Positions 24,965 to 38,199 of a DNA stretch of 64,000 nucleotides are shown one piece after another (position 1 is the first letter of the stretch; each line of letters begins with the position of its first letter). Origin of the DNA: Octopus vulgaris (Eukaryota). The notes under the pieces are model-generated. The model had not been told where the DNA came from and did no database searches. It was given only the letters and a program-made list of their open reading frames with translations. The stretch is taken from assembly GCA_951406725.2 (NCBI GenBank), contig OX597815.1, positions 56,792,001 to 56,856,000 of the forward strand, given 5' to 3'. A program made the position numbers and the translations under genes.

Positions 24965-26767
24965 AAAACATTCCAGGTGGAAGTAAGAGTTCACCAGAGA
25001 TCAGTCCTCAGCCCCCTCTTGTTTATCATAGTAATTCGGGCAATAACAGAAGAATTCAAGACAGGCTGCCCTGGGAGCTCCTCAATGCTGATGACCTTGT
25101 TCTAATAGCTGAGTCACTACCAAAACTAGAGAAGATGTTTCCAGTGTGGAAGCAAGGTCTAGAACCAAAGTGCCTTAGAAATAACCTAGCAAAAACCAAA
25201 GTTTTAGTAAGTAGGAAGGTGGACAAATCACAAATCCCTTCGGATAGAGGGCCCTGCTCAATCTGTAGAAAAGGTGTAGGTAAAAACTCCATAAGACGTA
25301 CCCAGTGTAAGTTATGGACACATAAGAAGTGCAGCAATATCCAATGAAGATTAATTGGGAAGTTAGTATTTGTGTGTGGCAGATGCACAGGTGCAATAAA
25401 CACTGTAGCTGTTCAGAAAACAGATTCTATCACATGCCAGGGGAAAAAAAACTATAAGTAGTTGATAGCTTCCATTATCTATGTAACCAAGTCAGTAACG
25501 GGAGTGGATGCTCTGAGAGCATAGCTGCTAGAATAAGAATTGCCTGGACAAAGTTCAGAGAGCCCCTACTTCTGCTGGTAACAAAGTGCCTCTCACTCTG
25601 AGTGAAAGGTAGATTGTATGATGCCTGTGTACGAACAGCCATGATACATGGCAGTGAGGCATGAGCTGGGACTGCTGAGGACATGCGTAAGCTTGAAAGA
25701 AATGAAGCTAGTATGCTCTACTTGATGTGTAATGTCAGTGCACATACATGAAAAAGTGTAAGCACCCTGAGAGAAAAAGTTGGATATAAGAAGCATCAGA
25801 CAAGTGCAAGAGAGACAACTGTGCTGGTATGGTCATGTGATGAGGACAGCTGTGTGAAGAAGTGTCACACCCTAACAGTGGAGGAAACCTGTGGAAGAGG
25901 TAGACTCAGGAAGACATCGGATGAGGTGGTGAAGCACAACCTTCGAATGTTGGACCTCAGAGAGGCAATGACAAGCAACAGAGACCTTTGAATATATGCT
26001 GTGCTTAAGAAGACCTGACAAGCCAAGTGAGATTGTAGTCATGGCCAATGCCAATGTTGCATATCTGGCCCATTTAAAAAACCAGCCTTCGATTGTTGGG
26101 CAATATGCTGTGCATGTGAAGACCTGTTGTACCGAGTGAAACTGTAGCTGTGGCCAATGACAATGCCGCTTGCCTTGCATCCATGCTGGTGGCATATAAA
26201 AAGCACCATTCAAGCATAACCAATGCTAGTGCCACCTGATTGGCACCTATGCCAGTGGCACATAAAATGCACTGTTTGAGCATGGCTGATGGGAGTACCA
26301 CCTAACTGGTACTCATGCCAGTGGCACATAAAATGCACCCTCTGAACATGACCGATGTCAGTGCCGCCTGACTGGTACCTGTGCTGGTAGCAAGTAAAAA
26401 GCACCATTCAAGTATGGCTGATGGGAGTGCTGCCTGACTGGTACCCATACCAGTGGGACATAAAATGCACCATCCAAGCATGGCTGGTGCCTATGCTACC
26501 TGACTAGCACCCATGCTGGTGGCACATAAAACGCACCATTCAAGCATGGCTGATACCAGTGCTACCTGACTGGCTCCCATGCCGGTGGCACGTAAAAGCA
26601 CCCACTACACTCACGGAGTGGTTGGCATTAGGAAGGGCATCCAGCTGTAGAAACCCTGCCAGATCAGATTGGAGCCTGGTGCAGCCTCCTGGCTTGCCAT
26701 TTCTCAGTCAAACCATCCAATCCATGCTAGCATGGAAAGCAGGTGTCATATGACAACGGTGATAATG

Positions 26768-26770
<3 letters not shown>
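24965..26770 (+). mobile_element. 5'-truncated RTE LINE with ~60-bp 3'-UTR minisatellite
   Basis: ELLNADDLVL, KTKVLVSRK, CSICRKGVGKNSI, matching 2488-4790; tandem units at 26180-26600. Confidence 0.85.
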
Positions 26771-26803
<33 letters not shown>

Positions 26804-26972
26804 GAAAATGGACAACAAAAACAATATTGTACTTTAAAGTCTATGTAGCTTAGAAATAAACTAACATTGAATGGGAGCTAAAGGAAGTTTACCAAAAAAC
26901 ATACCATCTGAAGTATCTGCCTGGATATTATATTCCTCCTCTTACCATATAATATAATATATATATATATAC

Positions 26973-27545
26973 ATCCTCTCCTCTCTTGCTTGACACCTAC
27001 TTCCTTTTTTCATTCCTACCCACCTTCTTGCCTCCACCCTCTTCCTTCATCACCCCCTCCATTGTTACTCCACCCCTACTCTCTCACCCACACCCCGCCC
27101 TTGCACCCCTCATCCTCACATCCCCACACCCCAACCACACTGCACATGACCACACCACCACAACACATCACCACACCACATTGTACCATCCTGCACACAT
27201 TAGCATTGGCCACTTCCCAGCACACACACCACACACCACCACATCACACTACCCTGCAGCACTAGCACTGACCACTTCCCAGCACTCACACCATCATCCA
27301 CACACCTTTACAAGCACACACCCACACATGAAGGTCACCAGCTCCTATCCACATGCACACACATACACATGCACACCCACATTCATTTTGGGGTCACCAC
27401 CACTTTATTATCTTCCCTTCTTCCTAGCTCTCCTGTCTGACCATCTCTGTCCTGCCGTCACCATGATTGACCGCTAGTCACTAAAGCTTTTTTTATTCTC
27501 TCTCTGTTTATTTCTCATGTTCCTTTCTGTTGAAGAGTGTTTTGG
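26973..27545 (+). mobile_element. Inverted partial copy of the 3' region of the PLE at 28310-30303
   Basis: Reverse-complement similarity to ~28625-29300 (CA-rich 3' region and pseudo-LTR start ttcctttctgttgaagag). Confidence 0.7.
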
Positions 27546-27694
27546 ACTTCTTCCTGGATTTTCTACACCTCCTACACTTCAGATTTCCACCTGGTTTTTC
27601 TGCACCTTTCCTACATACACATGGATTACACTGAACTTTTCCATTGATGAGAAATTACTCCAATATACCACAACGTTTGAACCTTTTGAACTTT

Positions 27695-28150
27695 TCTGAA
27701 CTTCTTTTGTACTAATCCGAAAAGAAGAACAAGTCAACATCATCAGTAACCACTGAGCCACAGGTTTTATGTCGGAGTTATCCCAGTTACCTGAGTTGCC
27801 TTCTCCTAGAAGGCTAGGAGTCCTTCACTCCCAATGGCTAGGAGTCCTTCACTCCCAATGGCTAGGAGTCCTTCACTCCCAATGGTTTAACTGCGCAATC
27901 GGGTATTCAATCCGATTATTTCTATGTCCCTGCGCATGATACAGCTTTAAGACATTTATTGGATGGTCGTTGACTCTCAAGAGTTCCTCCGCCCTTTGAC
28001 AGGTTTTGTTTTTCATCCCACAGGGTGACTAATAAACACCCTCCACACCAAGCGAGCTTGGTGGGGTTGCCGGATTAGTCGACGATGACCCAACCATGCA
28101 ACAGGTAGAAATGGGTTACATGTTACCAGTAGCACTCGAAAGTGACCTGA
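27695..28150 (-). mobile_element. RTE 5'-UTR-like fragment with 3x24-bp tandem (27812-27883); inverted second copy at 30304-30545
   Basis: ctaggagaaggcaactc motif resembles RTE 5' UTRs; 27713-27982 is near-identical in reverse complement to 30304-30540. Confidence 0.5.
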
Positions 28151-28153
28151 CAT

Positions 28154-28199
<46 letters not shown>

Positions 28200-28309
28200 G
28201 CGCTTTGTGATTGAATTCAGTAGGTGGAAGTTACTGCCGTGTGTGTATGTGTGCGTATAGCTGCTCAGTGCCTCTCCGAAAGAGAGAGAGGGGGATATAT
28301 ATAATTCAC

Positions 28310-30303
28310 AAAAAAAAAAAGAAAAGATGAAGACAAGTGGTATATACAACAAACAGATGTATTAGTTTAATGCTTGAGAAGTGAAAAAGTCTTTAACGTT
28401 TCGAGCCTACACTCTTCCACAGAAAGGAACACAGAAAGAAACAAGGAGCGAAAATAAAGAATGTGTAGTGACTAGCAATCTATCATGGCAAATATACATA
28501 TATATATATATATGTTGTTGGAATTTACAAAAAAATCAGAAGATGAAGACAGGTGTGTAAACAACAAACAGATGTATTAGTTTAACACTTGGGAAGGTGA
28601 GAAAGTCTTTCACATTTCAAGTCTATGCTCTTCAACAGAAAGGAACATGAGAAAATAAACAGAGAGAGAATAAAAACAGCTTTAGTGGCTAGCAGTCAAT
28701 CATGATGATGGCTGGACAGAGGTGGCCAGACAGGAGAGCTAGGAAGGGGAGATAATAAAGTAGTGGGGATCCTAAAATGAAGGTGCTCGTGTGTGTGTAT
28801 GTGAGAGCATATGTGTGTGTGTGGATAGGGGCTGGTGACCTTGATGTGTGGCTGTGTACATGTGTAGGTGTGTGGATGATGGTGTGGGAGCTGGGAAATT
28901 GTCACTGCTAGTGTGTGCAGGGTGGTGTGATGTGTTGCATGTTGTGTTGTGGTGTGATGATGTGGTGATGTGTGGTATGTTGTGTTGTGGTGTGTGGTGG
29001 TGTTGGGGATGCGAAGGTGGAGGATGCATGGTGTGGGTTGGGGTGAGGGTGTGGGGGTAGGAGTGGAGTATGTTGGAGTGGGGTGTGAGGGTGGGGGTAT
29101 GTAGGAGTGGAATGCGTGGGGTGGGATATGTTGGAGTGGAATGTTGGGGGTGGGATGGGATGTATAAGGATGGTGGGGTTGGGATGTGTAAGGGGTGGGG
29201 TGACGATGGAGAGGGTGACAATGAAGGGAGAGGGAGGAGGGGAGAAGGTGGGTAGGAGTGAAGAGAGGAAGTAGGTTTCAAGCAAGGAGAGGAGAGGTGG
29301 GTGGGAGTGAAGATAGGGAGTAGGTGTGAGAGGAAGATAGGAGAAAGGAGGGGAGAAGAGTTGAGCCCATGTGGTGCAAAGGAGCGAAGAGAGAAGATTA
29401 ATTTCTGTCCATTGTGGAGACAAGAGTCCGGTAGAGCAGAAGTGGTGCGAAATCAGGGTGTTGTCACCAAGTCTGATGTCTCAGAGGTATTCTGTGAACC
29501 GGTCAGCCAAGCGGCGTCCCGTTTGACTGATGTACAGAGGACAGAGAGAGCAGGAGATGCAGTAAATGACATTGCTAGAAGTGCAAGTGAAGGAGTCAGT
29601 TATATGATAGGGTCAATGATGGGTACCTGTGAGGATGGTGGTGTTGGAGAGGTAGGGGCAAGTGCGGCAGCATGGGCAGGAGCAGATGAACGAGTTGGGT
29701 TGGGAGGTGGGGTTAGGCAAGTGACTGTGGACCAGGAGGACATGTAGGTTGTGGGCTCGTATGAAGGAGGGGATGAGTAGGTTAGGGAAGATGTGTGAAG
29801 TGGAGGGATCGGTCTGGAGTTGCCAGAAGGCCCGGAGAATGGTGTATTGGAGAGGTAGGGTGGTGGGGTGGTAGGTGAGGGGGAGAGAGAGCAGATGCAC
29901 GGTCCACAGAATGTGCTCTGGCAAGGGCAGTGTGGATAGTGGCGAGGGGATATCCATGTAGGATGAAGTGGCGAGCCATGAGTTGAGACTGAGTCTCAAA
30001 GTCATGGTTGTCACTGCAGAGCCTACGCAGACAAAGGAATTGGGAGTAAGGGATAGAGAGCTTGATGTCTTTAGGGTGGGAGGAGGAGAAGTTGAGGTAT
30101 GAGTGTGAGTCGGTGTGTTTGTTGTGGATGGTGGTGAGAGTGGAGTGATGAATGCTGACCAAAATGTTGAGAAAGGCAATGGAAGTGTTAGAAATAGTGC
30201 AGGAGAATTCGAGGGCAGGATGGAAAGATTTGACAAAAGAGAGGAAGGAGTCTAGTTGTTCACAGGAGAGCGAGGTCGGACCGATACAGTCATCAATATA
30301 ACA
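28310..30303 (-). mobile_element. Penelope-like element, 5'-truncated: RT C-terminus, GIY-YIG endonuclease, tandem pseudo-LTRs
   Basis: YIDDCIG at 30283-30303; HSYLNFSSSHP..SIPYSQFLCLRRLCSD; CxxC..FTCTSSNVIYCISC..QTGRRLADRF; direct repeats at ~28322-28490 and ~28540-28705. Confidence 0.85.
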
Positions 30304-32069
30304 ACTTGAGAGTCAACGACCATCCAATAAATGTCTTAAAGCTGTATCATGCGCGGGGACATAGAAATAATCGGATTGAATACCTGATTGCGCAGTTAAA
30401 CCATTGGGAGTGAAGTACTCCTAGCCTTTGTCAGGGCATCCTTCTAGGAGAAGGCAACTCAGGTAACTGGGATAACTCCGACATAAAACCTGTGGCTCAG
30501 TGGTTACTGATGATGTTGACTTGTTCTTCTTTTCGGATTATGGCTGCTGTTGCTTAGTGAGTGGGATTGACTCAGTGCACAGCCTTTCCTCACTTCAAAA
30601 AATATCTTCTTGCACAGGCATTGCACGATAACAACATTGATTAAACTTCGTGCAATGGCCATACTCGATAACAAGGGGGCAACCACCATGTATGTATGTA
30701 TCTATGTATGTATGCAGAAAGAGAAAGAGAGAGAGAGAGAGACATATGTACATTTATAGGACATCTGATTTATTTATGATGTTTTGTTCTTTTGCTGATT
30801 CCAGTAATTGAACTCCAGCCATGCTGGAGTCCAGTTACTGTCTTCAAGGATTAGCTAATTTTATATACTCCAAGCATATTTCTATATGATGCTTACTATA
30901 TCAATATATATTTGGTAAGTTACAATTGCTAAGTTACAATTTTATACAGAATACCTATTACACTGTTTGAAACCACATCAGCATTAACATGAACACACAC
31001 ATGGCATGTATGTATGTGTGATGTATATATGACAGGCTTCCACACAGATTCAGTCATAAAGTATTGGTCAATCCATAACTATTTTAGAAGTCACATAATT
31101 ATTATGCTCTATATCAGACCCAAACCATGTAGCTGTGAAACAAACTTTTTAAATACAGCAGCATGCTTTTGTTGATATATGTTTAAAATGATTTTAGTGT
31201 ATGTTTAAGTGACATCACTTCCTTTAGTGCTTGGGTCTGTAGACAGACAAAGTGAGGAAAAATGTAGGTGAATGATGCTATGCTGTATAACAAAATTATA
31301 TGCCATTATTGAAAAATAATACTTTGAAAAGTAAGTGTATATGAGTTTGTGTGTGTGTGTATGTGTGTGTGTGTGTGTTTTTATTTATGTGGGTTCTACT
31401 GCTGAATAATTAAGAAGTTCATTTGGTATTTGTTGTGGTCCTTGGTTTAATCTCGCTATACATCACTTTAGGTAAGTGGGTCGACCCAAGATATATGACT
31501 AAAATTGTGTAGTGTGAAACTGAGATGCCTGTCAAATGGATCATACCTGTAATTCAAAAGGATCGCATGCCAAGTTGTTTCCATCTGTCATTATGTTAAG
31601 AGTATCTTTGGAATACTATAATTTAATAAGATAATTCTATTAGTAAAACAAGTAGAATAGACATTGTTGAAAGCAATGGAGGGCCCATTTTCTGTTTTTC
31701 TGTAAGTTTAGTGCTGTGAATAATATCACTATTACAACTATTTTTATTGAGAGTATTATCATCAACATCATCATCATCAACATTAACATCATTATCACCA
31801 TATACCAATTTGGCCCTCTGATAAACTTGTACTGCTGACTGCTACTGCAAGCAGCAGTCTGCTGGAATAGAGTTGTCTCATTGATTGGGTCTTTTAACAT
31901 TCATGTGTGAGAGACAGCAGCAGCCAGTACTGTAGAAGCACTACATTCTGTTGTTTTTATTTCTCATCTGCTCTGTCTGTTCAGTAGAAATAGAGGTAGA
32001 TATGGTGTCTTTAACCAGCTTCAAATTAATCATGGATACAACTGAAAGATATTTAAATTGACAATAAAA

Positions 32070-32119
32070 ATGAATAGCTTTCATAAAGTTGTCATAGAAG
32101 CTATCAAGGCACAAAAAGG
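32070..32119 (+). CDS. Putative (alternative) first coding exon of an MRVI1-domain IRAG/LRMP-like gene
   Basis: ATG at 32070 with in-frame TGA upstream at 32043; MNSFHKVVIEAIKAQK then GG|gtaggt phase-2 donor, compatible with the next exon. Confidence 0.45.
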
Positions 32120-32514
32120 GTAGGTAGTTTCTTTAAAAAAAAATCTAGAAATACTGTGCTGTTTTATAGTGAATAACCTGTGAAGCATGTTGACTGGTAG
32201 TTGTGAAAATAGAAGTGCATTATTTCCAATGTTATGATGACATTGCTTAAAATTTATATATCATTACTTTGTTATATCACTTATTTTACGTTGCCTGTTT
32301 GCCATTAGAATTCTTGAAATATAATGTAATATGATAATATAATACATGCATTTATTTCCACCCCATTCTTAAATGTGAATGTTGTATGTGTGCGTATGCA
32401 TGTGTGTGTGTTTTAAAACACACACACATACGCGCACACACACAAAGAAAGAGATTATTTTGAAAATAAAATCGTTCATCTTAAATGTTTACATATGTAA
32501 TGTCTGTGTATCTG

Positions 32515-32895
<381 letters not shown>

Positions 32896-32945
32896 AATAC
32901 ACACACACACATATTAATTTTTTTACACAAATTATTAATTTCTAG

Positions 32946-32976
32946 TTCTGAAGATCTGACTGAACAAGAAACTGAG
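32946..32976 (+). CDS. 31-nt micro-exon of the IRAG/LRMP-like gene ([10 protein letters not shown])
   Basis: ttctag acceptor, GAG|gtgagc donor; peptide resembles the LTEKEVE segment that begins the MRVI1 coiled coil. Confidence 0.7.
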
Positions 32977-35519
32977 GTGAGCTTTTATAATCTTTGTTTT
33001 TTTAATTTCTTTTAAATTAAATATATGCATTGAATATTTATATTCATTCTTGTTTTTTTTTTTAATTTATGGTCCATTAAAAAAAAAAATTGCTCTCAGA
33101 TCAAATGGTTTATTTAATATATATTGAAAGATCAAAATAAAAATTGTTGATTATCTTCCCTACATTCCATAAATTTAAATTATTATCACTACATTTGTCC
33201 CAGATATAGTCATTAAGAAATCACATTGTCACTTTAAAAAAATCACATTGTTATTTTTCAGCTTGACCTAAATTTGAAAGATAGGCTCTGTCGCAAGAAT
33301 TGTAATCACGCATACTTAAGAAGCATGCATATAATTTGAAATCTTGTTTAATCTAAACAAGCCCCCTGTATTAAACTCTGTGCATGTGTTTTATATGTGT
33401 GTGTATGTATATATATATGTGTGTGTATGTATATATATATATGTGTGTGTGTGTGTATATATATATAATGTTAAGTATATTTTTGCATTGAAATCTAATG
33501 ACGGAGAAGATTAAGAATTATTTGTTTTATCAGACATAGTGCATTTATAGAAATTGCTTTCTGCATAGTTTTATAATGATTTTGTAAATTAGTTTTATCT
33601 TGTTTAATTACATTTTTTCTCAGTTTTATATTGACTGAGCTTTTCCTCTGCCATCAAAATGGATAAACTAAAATATCAGACAAGTTAGTGAGACTTTTGA
33701 AGGTAGTGCAATGACTGAAACCAGATAAAGAATTGAAAATAATAAAGGATATGTTGATCTTTGTAGTTTTTTTAACATTTTTAATTTATTAAGACTATTT
33801 TTTTAGAATTGAACATAAAGTGAAGAAAAGTGTTTTTAACTGTTAAATTCCTTACTGCTTTATGTGTGTGTGTGTGTGTGTATGTATCCCAGTCCTATCA
33901 GAAACTAGAGATTTTGATGAAGTGTGTTTAGTCCAGTATAAGAGTCATAAAATTATAACTATTGCATAAGTCTGGATGAAACTTGCTTATATGATGTAAT
34001 GTGTATGTTATGAATGTGGTTTTTACCTGCTTTTGATTGTTGTTTGTTGTCATATCACTTTCATCTGCCCAGATAGATTGAATACAGGTAAACTGATTTC
34101 ATATGTGTTTTCATGCATATTTACAAGATATCAATTCCTGGACATCCCAGAGCTGAATTTTTGTTCCAGTAGTCTCTGTAACTTGGAAGCTGCACAACTA
34201 CTGTTAGGAAAAAACATTCCAAGATATACTTTTATCTCTTTTTTTTTTTATTGATGTAAAGAAAGTGGTGCTATCTGTTGAACACTTGCTTTTTTCATTC
34301 TGGTGAAAAATTACTTCAGAAAAAATTTGAAGAAAATTCTTAATGGGGTTTGCTTCTAAGCTTAAAGCCTTTGTAGGGCCCACATCAATGACAAAAATAT
34401 CCACGCAATGATCAGATATATAACTCCATTCCTACTCAGAACTGATAACTCCTGATATCACTTAGATCACTGGTTTGTACACTTGACACTGAAATATCTC
34501 TTTAATTATTCTCCGAAAGACCAATTTTTTGCCCTCTAATCAAAGCCTTAATAATTTCGAAATCATTTATAATATAATGATGCTCTAAAATTGAAGCAAG
34601 AAAAGAAAATCCAAAGACATTCATTAGATAAGCAACAACTGCTAATGCACATGGTTCAAATAGAAAGTTTATTACTATTTTTAATTAATTAATTTACTTA
34701 TTTGTTTTTTACAGGAAGTTCTTTCTAAAATAATGTTAAACTTTGTTTCTTGTATGGAAGAATGCTGAGTTCCTATTTCTCACCCCCAAGCAACAACTTT
34801 TTTGAATTGTGACTTTGTATGGTTCAAGACTTTATGACAGTTGGAGTTACTTGCAGCACAAGACTTTAAGAGTTAATTAGAGAAATTGATATTTTCTGCT
34901 TTATTTCTGATATATTTTGTAGAATGAATGCTAATGACATTACATTACTCACATTGATAAAATTCGTCATATTTGCATTGAATAGAAAACGTGAATTTGG
35001 GATATTTCTGCTTTTCCATAATACTTTACCATAATACTTTTTCAATCATCAACATAATGATTATTGGTCTACATTTGTATGGAGAATCTGTTATGTTTTG
35101 TGCTTCATCTTTCTCATTATTTTGATGATAATTCTTCTAAGACATGAGACCAATTTTTGTAAAAGGAAGAAAGTTAACTAACTCAGTTATAATATATAAT
35201 TGATATTTATTTTTTCCCTATTAGATAAATGAAAGACAAAATTGCATTTATTGGTATTTGAGCTCATAACTATTAGCTACTAAACTTGGAAACATTTTTA
35301 TGAACCACACAAGGAATCAATAATGGTTGTACTTGAAAGTACAAGAAATATTTAAATCTATCCTGGCTTTCATTTGCCAACACTCTATTTCCACATCAAA
35401 TATGTTAGCTATTCTTATCACAAATTCATACCTATTTATGCTTTCTTTGTTCTTATTTTGCTGACAAAACATCATTTAAAACATATCATAAAGCTTATTT
35501 AAGAGAGATAGAGTATTTA

Positions 35520-36534
35520 CAGAACCATCCAAAAGTCTTTGGCCACTTTAAACTATTGTAAATTTCTACTAATTGCCAACTTATAAGAATATGTTTTGCA
35601 TTGTTTTTCTACAAATGAAATATTGGCCCCATGGCAGTCATTTCCATACCTAATCATTATATTTTGTAGTAGTGGTTCTGAATGAGAGAGGAAGATGTGA
35701 GATGACCACCAAAAATGGCTGTGCAAAAGTTTTCAACCACCTCATAGGCCAATCAAGATACAGTGTTTTAAAACAGAAAAATGTCTATAATGAAAATTTA
35801 TTACATGTTTATTTGAAGAAGTTACTGTACATTGTTAATATTTCCTGTGGCTTCCCTTAGCTTGAATAATTGCTTCCATGTGCCTGGGAAGAAAAGCATA
35901 CAAACCCTTCACTATCTTCACAGGTATGAGATGTCATTCTCTGGGGCTGAGCTCCCACAACTCTTCAAGATTGCGCGGATTCTTCTGCTGAACTCTTCTC
36001 TTTCGTTCTGTCCACATTTGCTCAATGATATCTAAGCCAAGACTCTGAGCTAGCCAATATTTCAATACAGTAACACTTTCATCAGCCAGACTCTGTTGTG
36101 TTGCATCAATCTGTGGCATGGAGCTCTGTCATGCTGGAAAATTTCACCTTCATCCAAGTCTGGTATCAAATTGTCTTTCAATAAAGTGGATGTATTTGGC
36201 ACTATTCAAGTTACCATCAATTTTAACCAACTTTCTTGAACCATCACTTTTTATGTATCCCTAAAGCATCATACTCCTATCCCCAAACTTCACAGTTTTT
36301 GTTGTGTAACATGGGTTGTTTCACTTTCCTGGAGGCCTTCTGACAAATTCTCACTTATTAGAAAGCAAAACAACCACATTACATGACAAAAACAGTAAAG
36401 TTTAGGGGTAGGAGTCTGATACTTTGAGATACATAAAAAATGATGGTTTGAGAAAGTTGGTTAAAATGCAAAACCTATAAGTTGACAATAAGTAGAAATT
36501 TACAATAGTTTAAAGTGGCCAGAGCATGGTACTG
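35520..36534 (-). mobile_element. Degenerate, deleted Tc1 element
   Basis: TA|CAG...CTG|TA; inverted repeats ggccactttaaactattgtaaatttctact; remnants KTVKFG, FQHDRAPCH, IIEQMW..KNPRNLEELWE. Confidence 0.75.
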
Positions 36535-37315
36535 TATTATTATTTACAATTTGTGGACACTAGATTTTTAATCAATTTACACGCTGTATTATTACAACTT
36601 ATAAAGCAGATGATATGACAAGCTACTTTAAATCCTTCAGTATTATTTTAGCTTAATTTTCTCACAATGTTTCATTTCATTTTGCTTTTCCTTGCCATTC
36701 CACTTCCTTGAATACTTCTTTTTTCTTCATTCTACTTAAACTTAGTTCCTGATTAAATAACATCACTAGTGCAACCATCCTCCTACTTACACCCTTATAT
36801 TAGATTAAGGATTAAGAACAGGGTTAACATTATATAGATATTTGAGTATAAATTTCAGCAGACATGTACAACCCAATTCTTAGCAGTATTTGTACAATGA
36901 TCTGCTGATATGAAATCCATTACAGACAGAGCAACTTTATGCAAGGGTCATCTCTAGTTCCATAGTGTCAGTTATTTGACAATATTGAACTAAATACATT
37001 TAATTTTAAGTATTGTTTAAATTAGATTTCATACTTTCCTTTCATATCAGTTTACCCTCAGATTTAACAATGTTTTATGTTCAAATTCTCTTTGTGTATG
37101 TCTGTATGGTATAGAAGTAAACTTCACAACCATCTGGTTAAAGTTTGATTCCATGAAGTGGCATCTTGGGCAATTGTTTGCTACCATCTCTTTAGGTGAT
37201 ATTAAGTGAATGGAAATTGCACAGAAAACCATCCTCTGTGTGTGTGTTTGTAAAATGGTACAGATACCTTAAAAGATATTGATATCATTAAAATTTAGTG
37301 ACACTCTAAAATTAG

Positions 37316-37866
37316 GTTAGTTCAACTATTCAATAAATAGAAAGCAATAAAAAGACAACCAAGGTACTAGAGGTCTAACTAAAATTATGAAAGTAGTGCT
37401 CCAGCATAGCAACAGTCCACTGACTGAAACTATTAAAATAATTAGTTAATAATATTCTACAGATCAGAATATCTGATATTATCATTTTTAAGTGTTTTAA
37501 AATAAGAAATTCAATTTTGCAACCAGTTTTATAACTGGAAACTTAATATCACAATAACTGACTAGATATGTTGTTCACATATTTGTGCGGCTCATAGAAA
37601 TATGTGAACAACATATCTAGTCAGTTATTGTGACATTAAGTTTCCAGTTATAAAACTGGTTGCAAAATTGAATTTCTTATTTTAAAACACTTAAAAATGA
37701 TAATATCAGATATTCTGATCTGTAGAATATTATTAACTAATTATTTTAATAGTTTCAGTCAGTGGACTGTTGCTATGCTGGAGCACTACTTTCATAATTT
37801 TAGTTAGACCTCTAGTACCTTGGTTGTCTTTTTATTGCTTTCTATTTATTGAATAGTTGAACTAAC
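37316..37866. repeat. Near-perfect inverted duplication: 269-bp arms, 13-nt spacer, one mismatch
   Basis: 37316-37584 is the reverse complement of 37598-37866; loop gtgcggctcatag. Confidence 0.95.
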
Positions 37867-38199
37867 TTTTCTAAAATTAAAATATCATAAAATAGTGGAT
37901 ACAAGTAAAGAACACTGCCAAAAGCTCTCTTGTATTTAACTTGTGTTATAATTAGATTCTTCTTTCTCCTCTTACTATCTTCAGTTATGGTTTGTTGATC
38001 AGTGATATAAGTCTTTGATCTCTTTATTCTTCTGGAACTATATTTTTTTGTCAAGTAAACATTTTCCCTTTTGAGATATTTCTGTTAAATAGGTGAGTCA
38101 TGAATATGTATTTTATGACTTCCAAAATTACACAAAATTTTTGAAAAATTTCATCCATTGTGCTCAGTTTGCAGTGGGTATAAATGTTGCACAGCCTAA

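Noticed and set aside
28696-29423. His/Pro/Thr-rich ORFs (also 26986-27477)
   Set aside because: CA-rich low-complexity 3' region of the Penelope element; open in several frames by composition.
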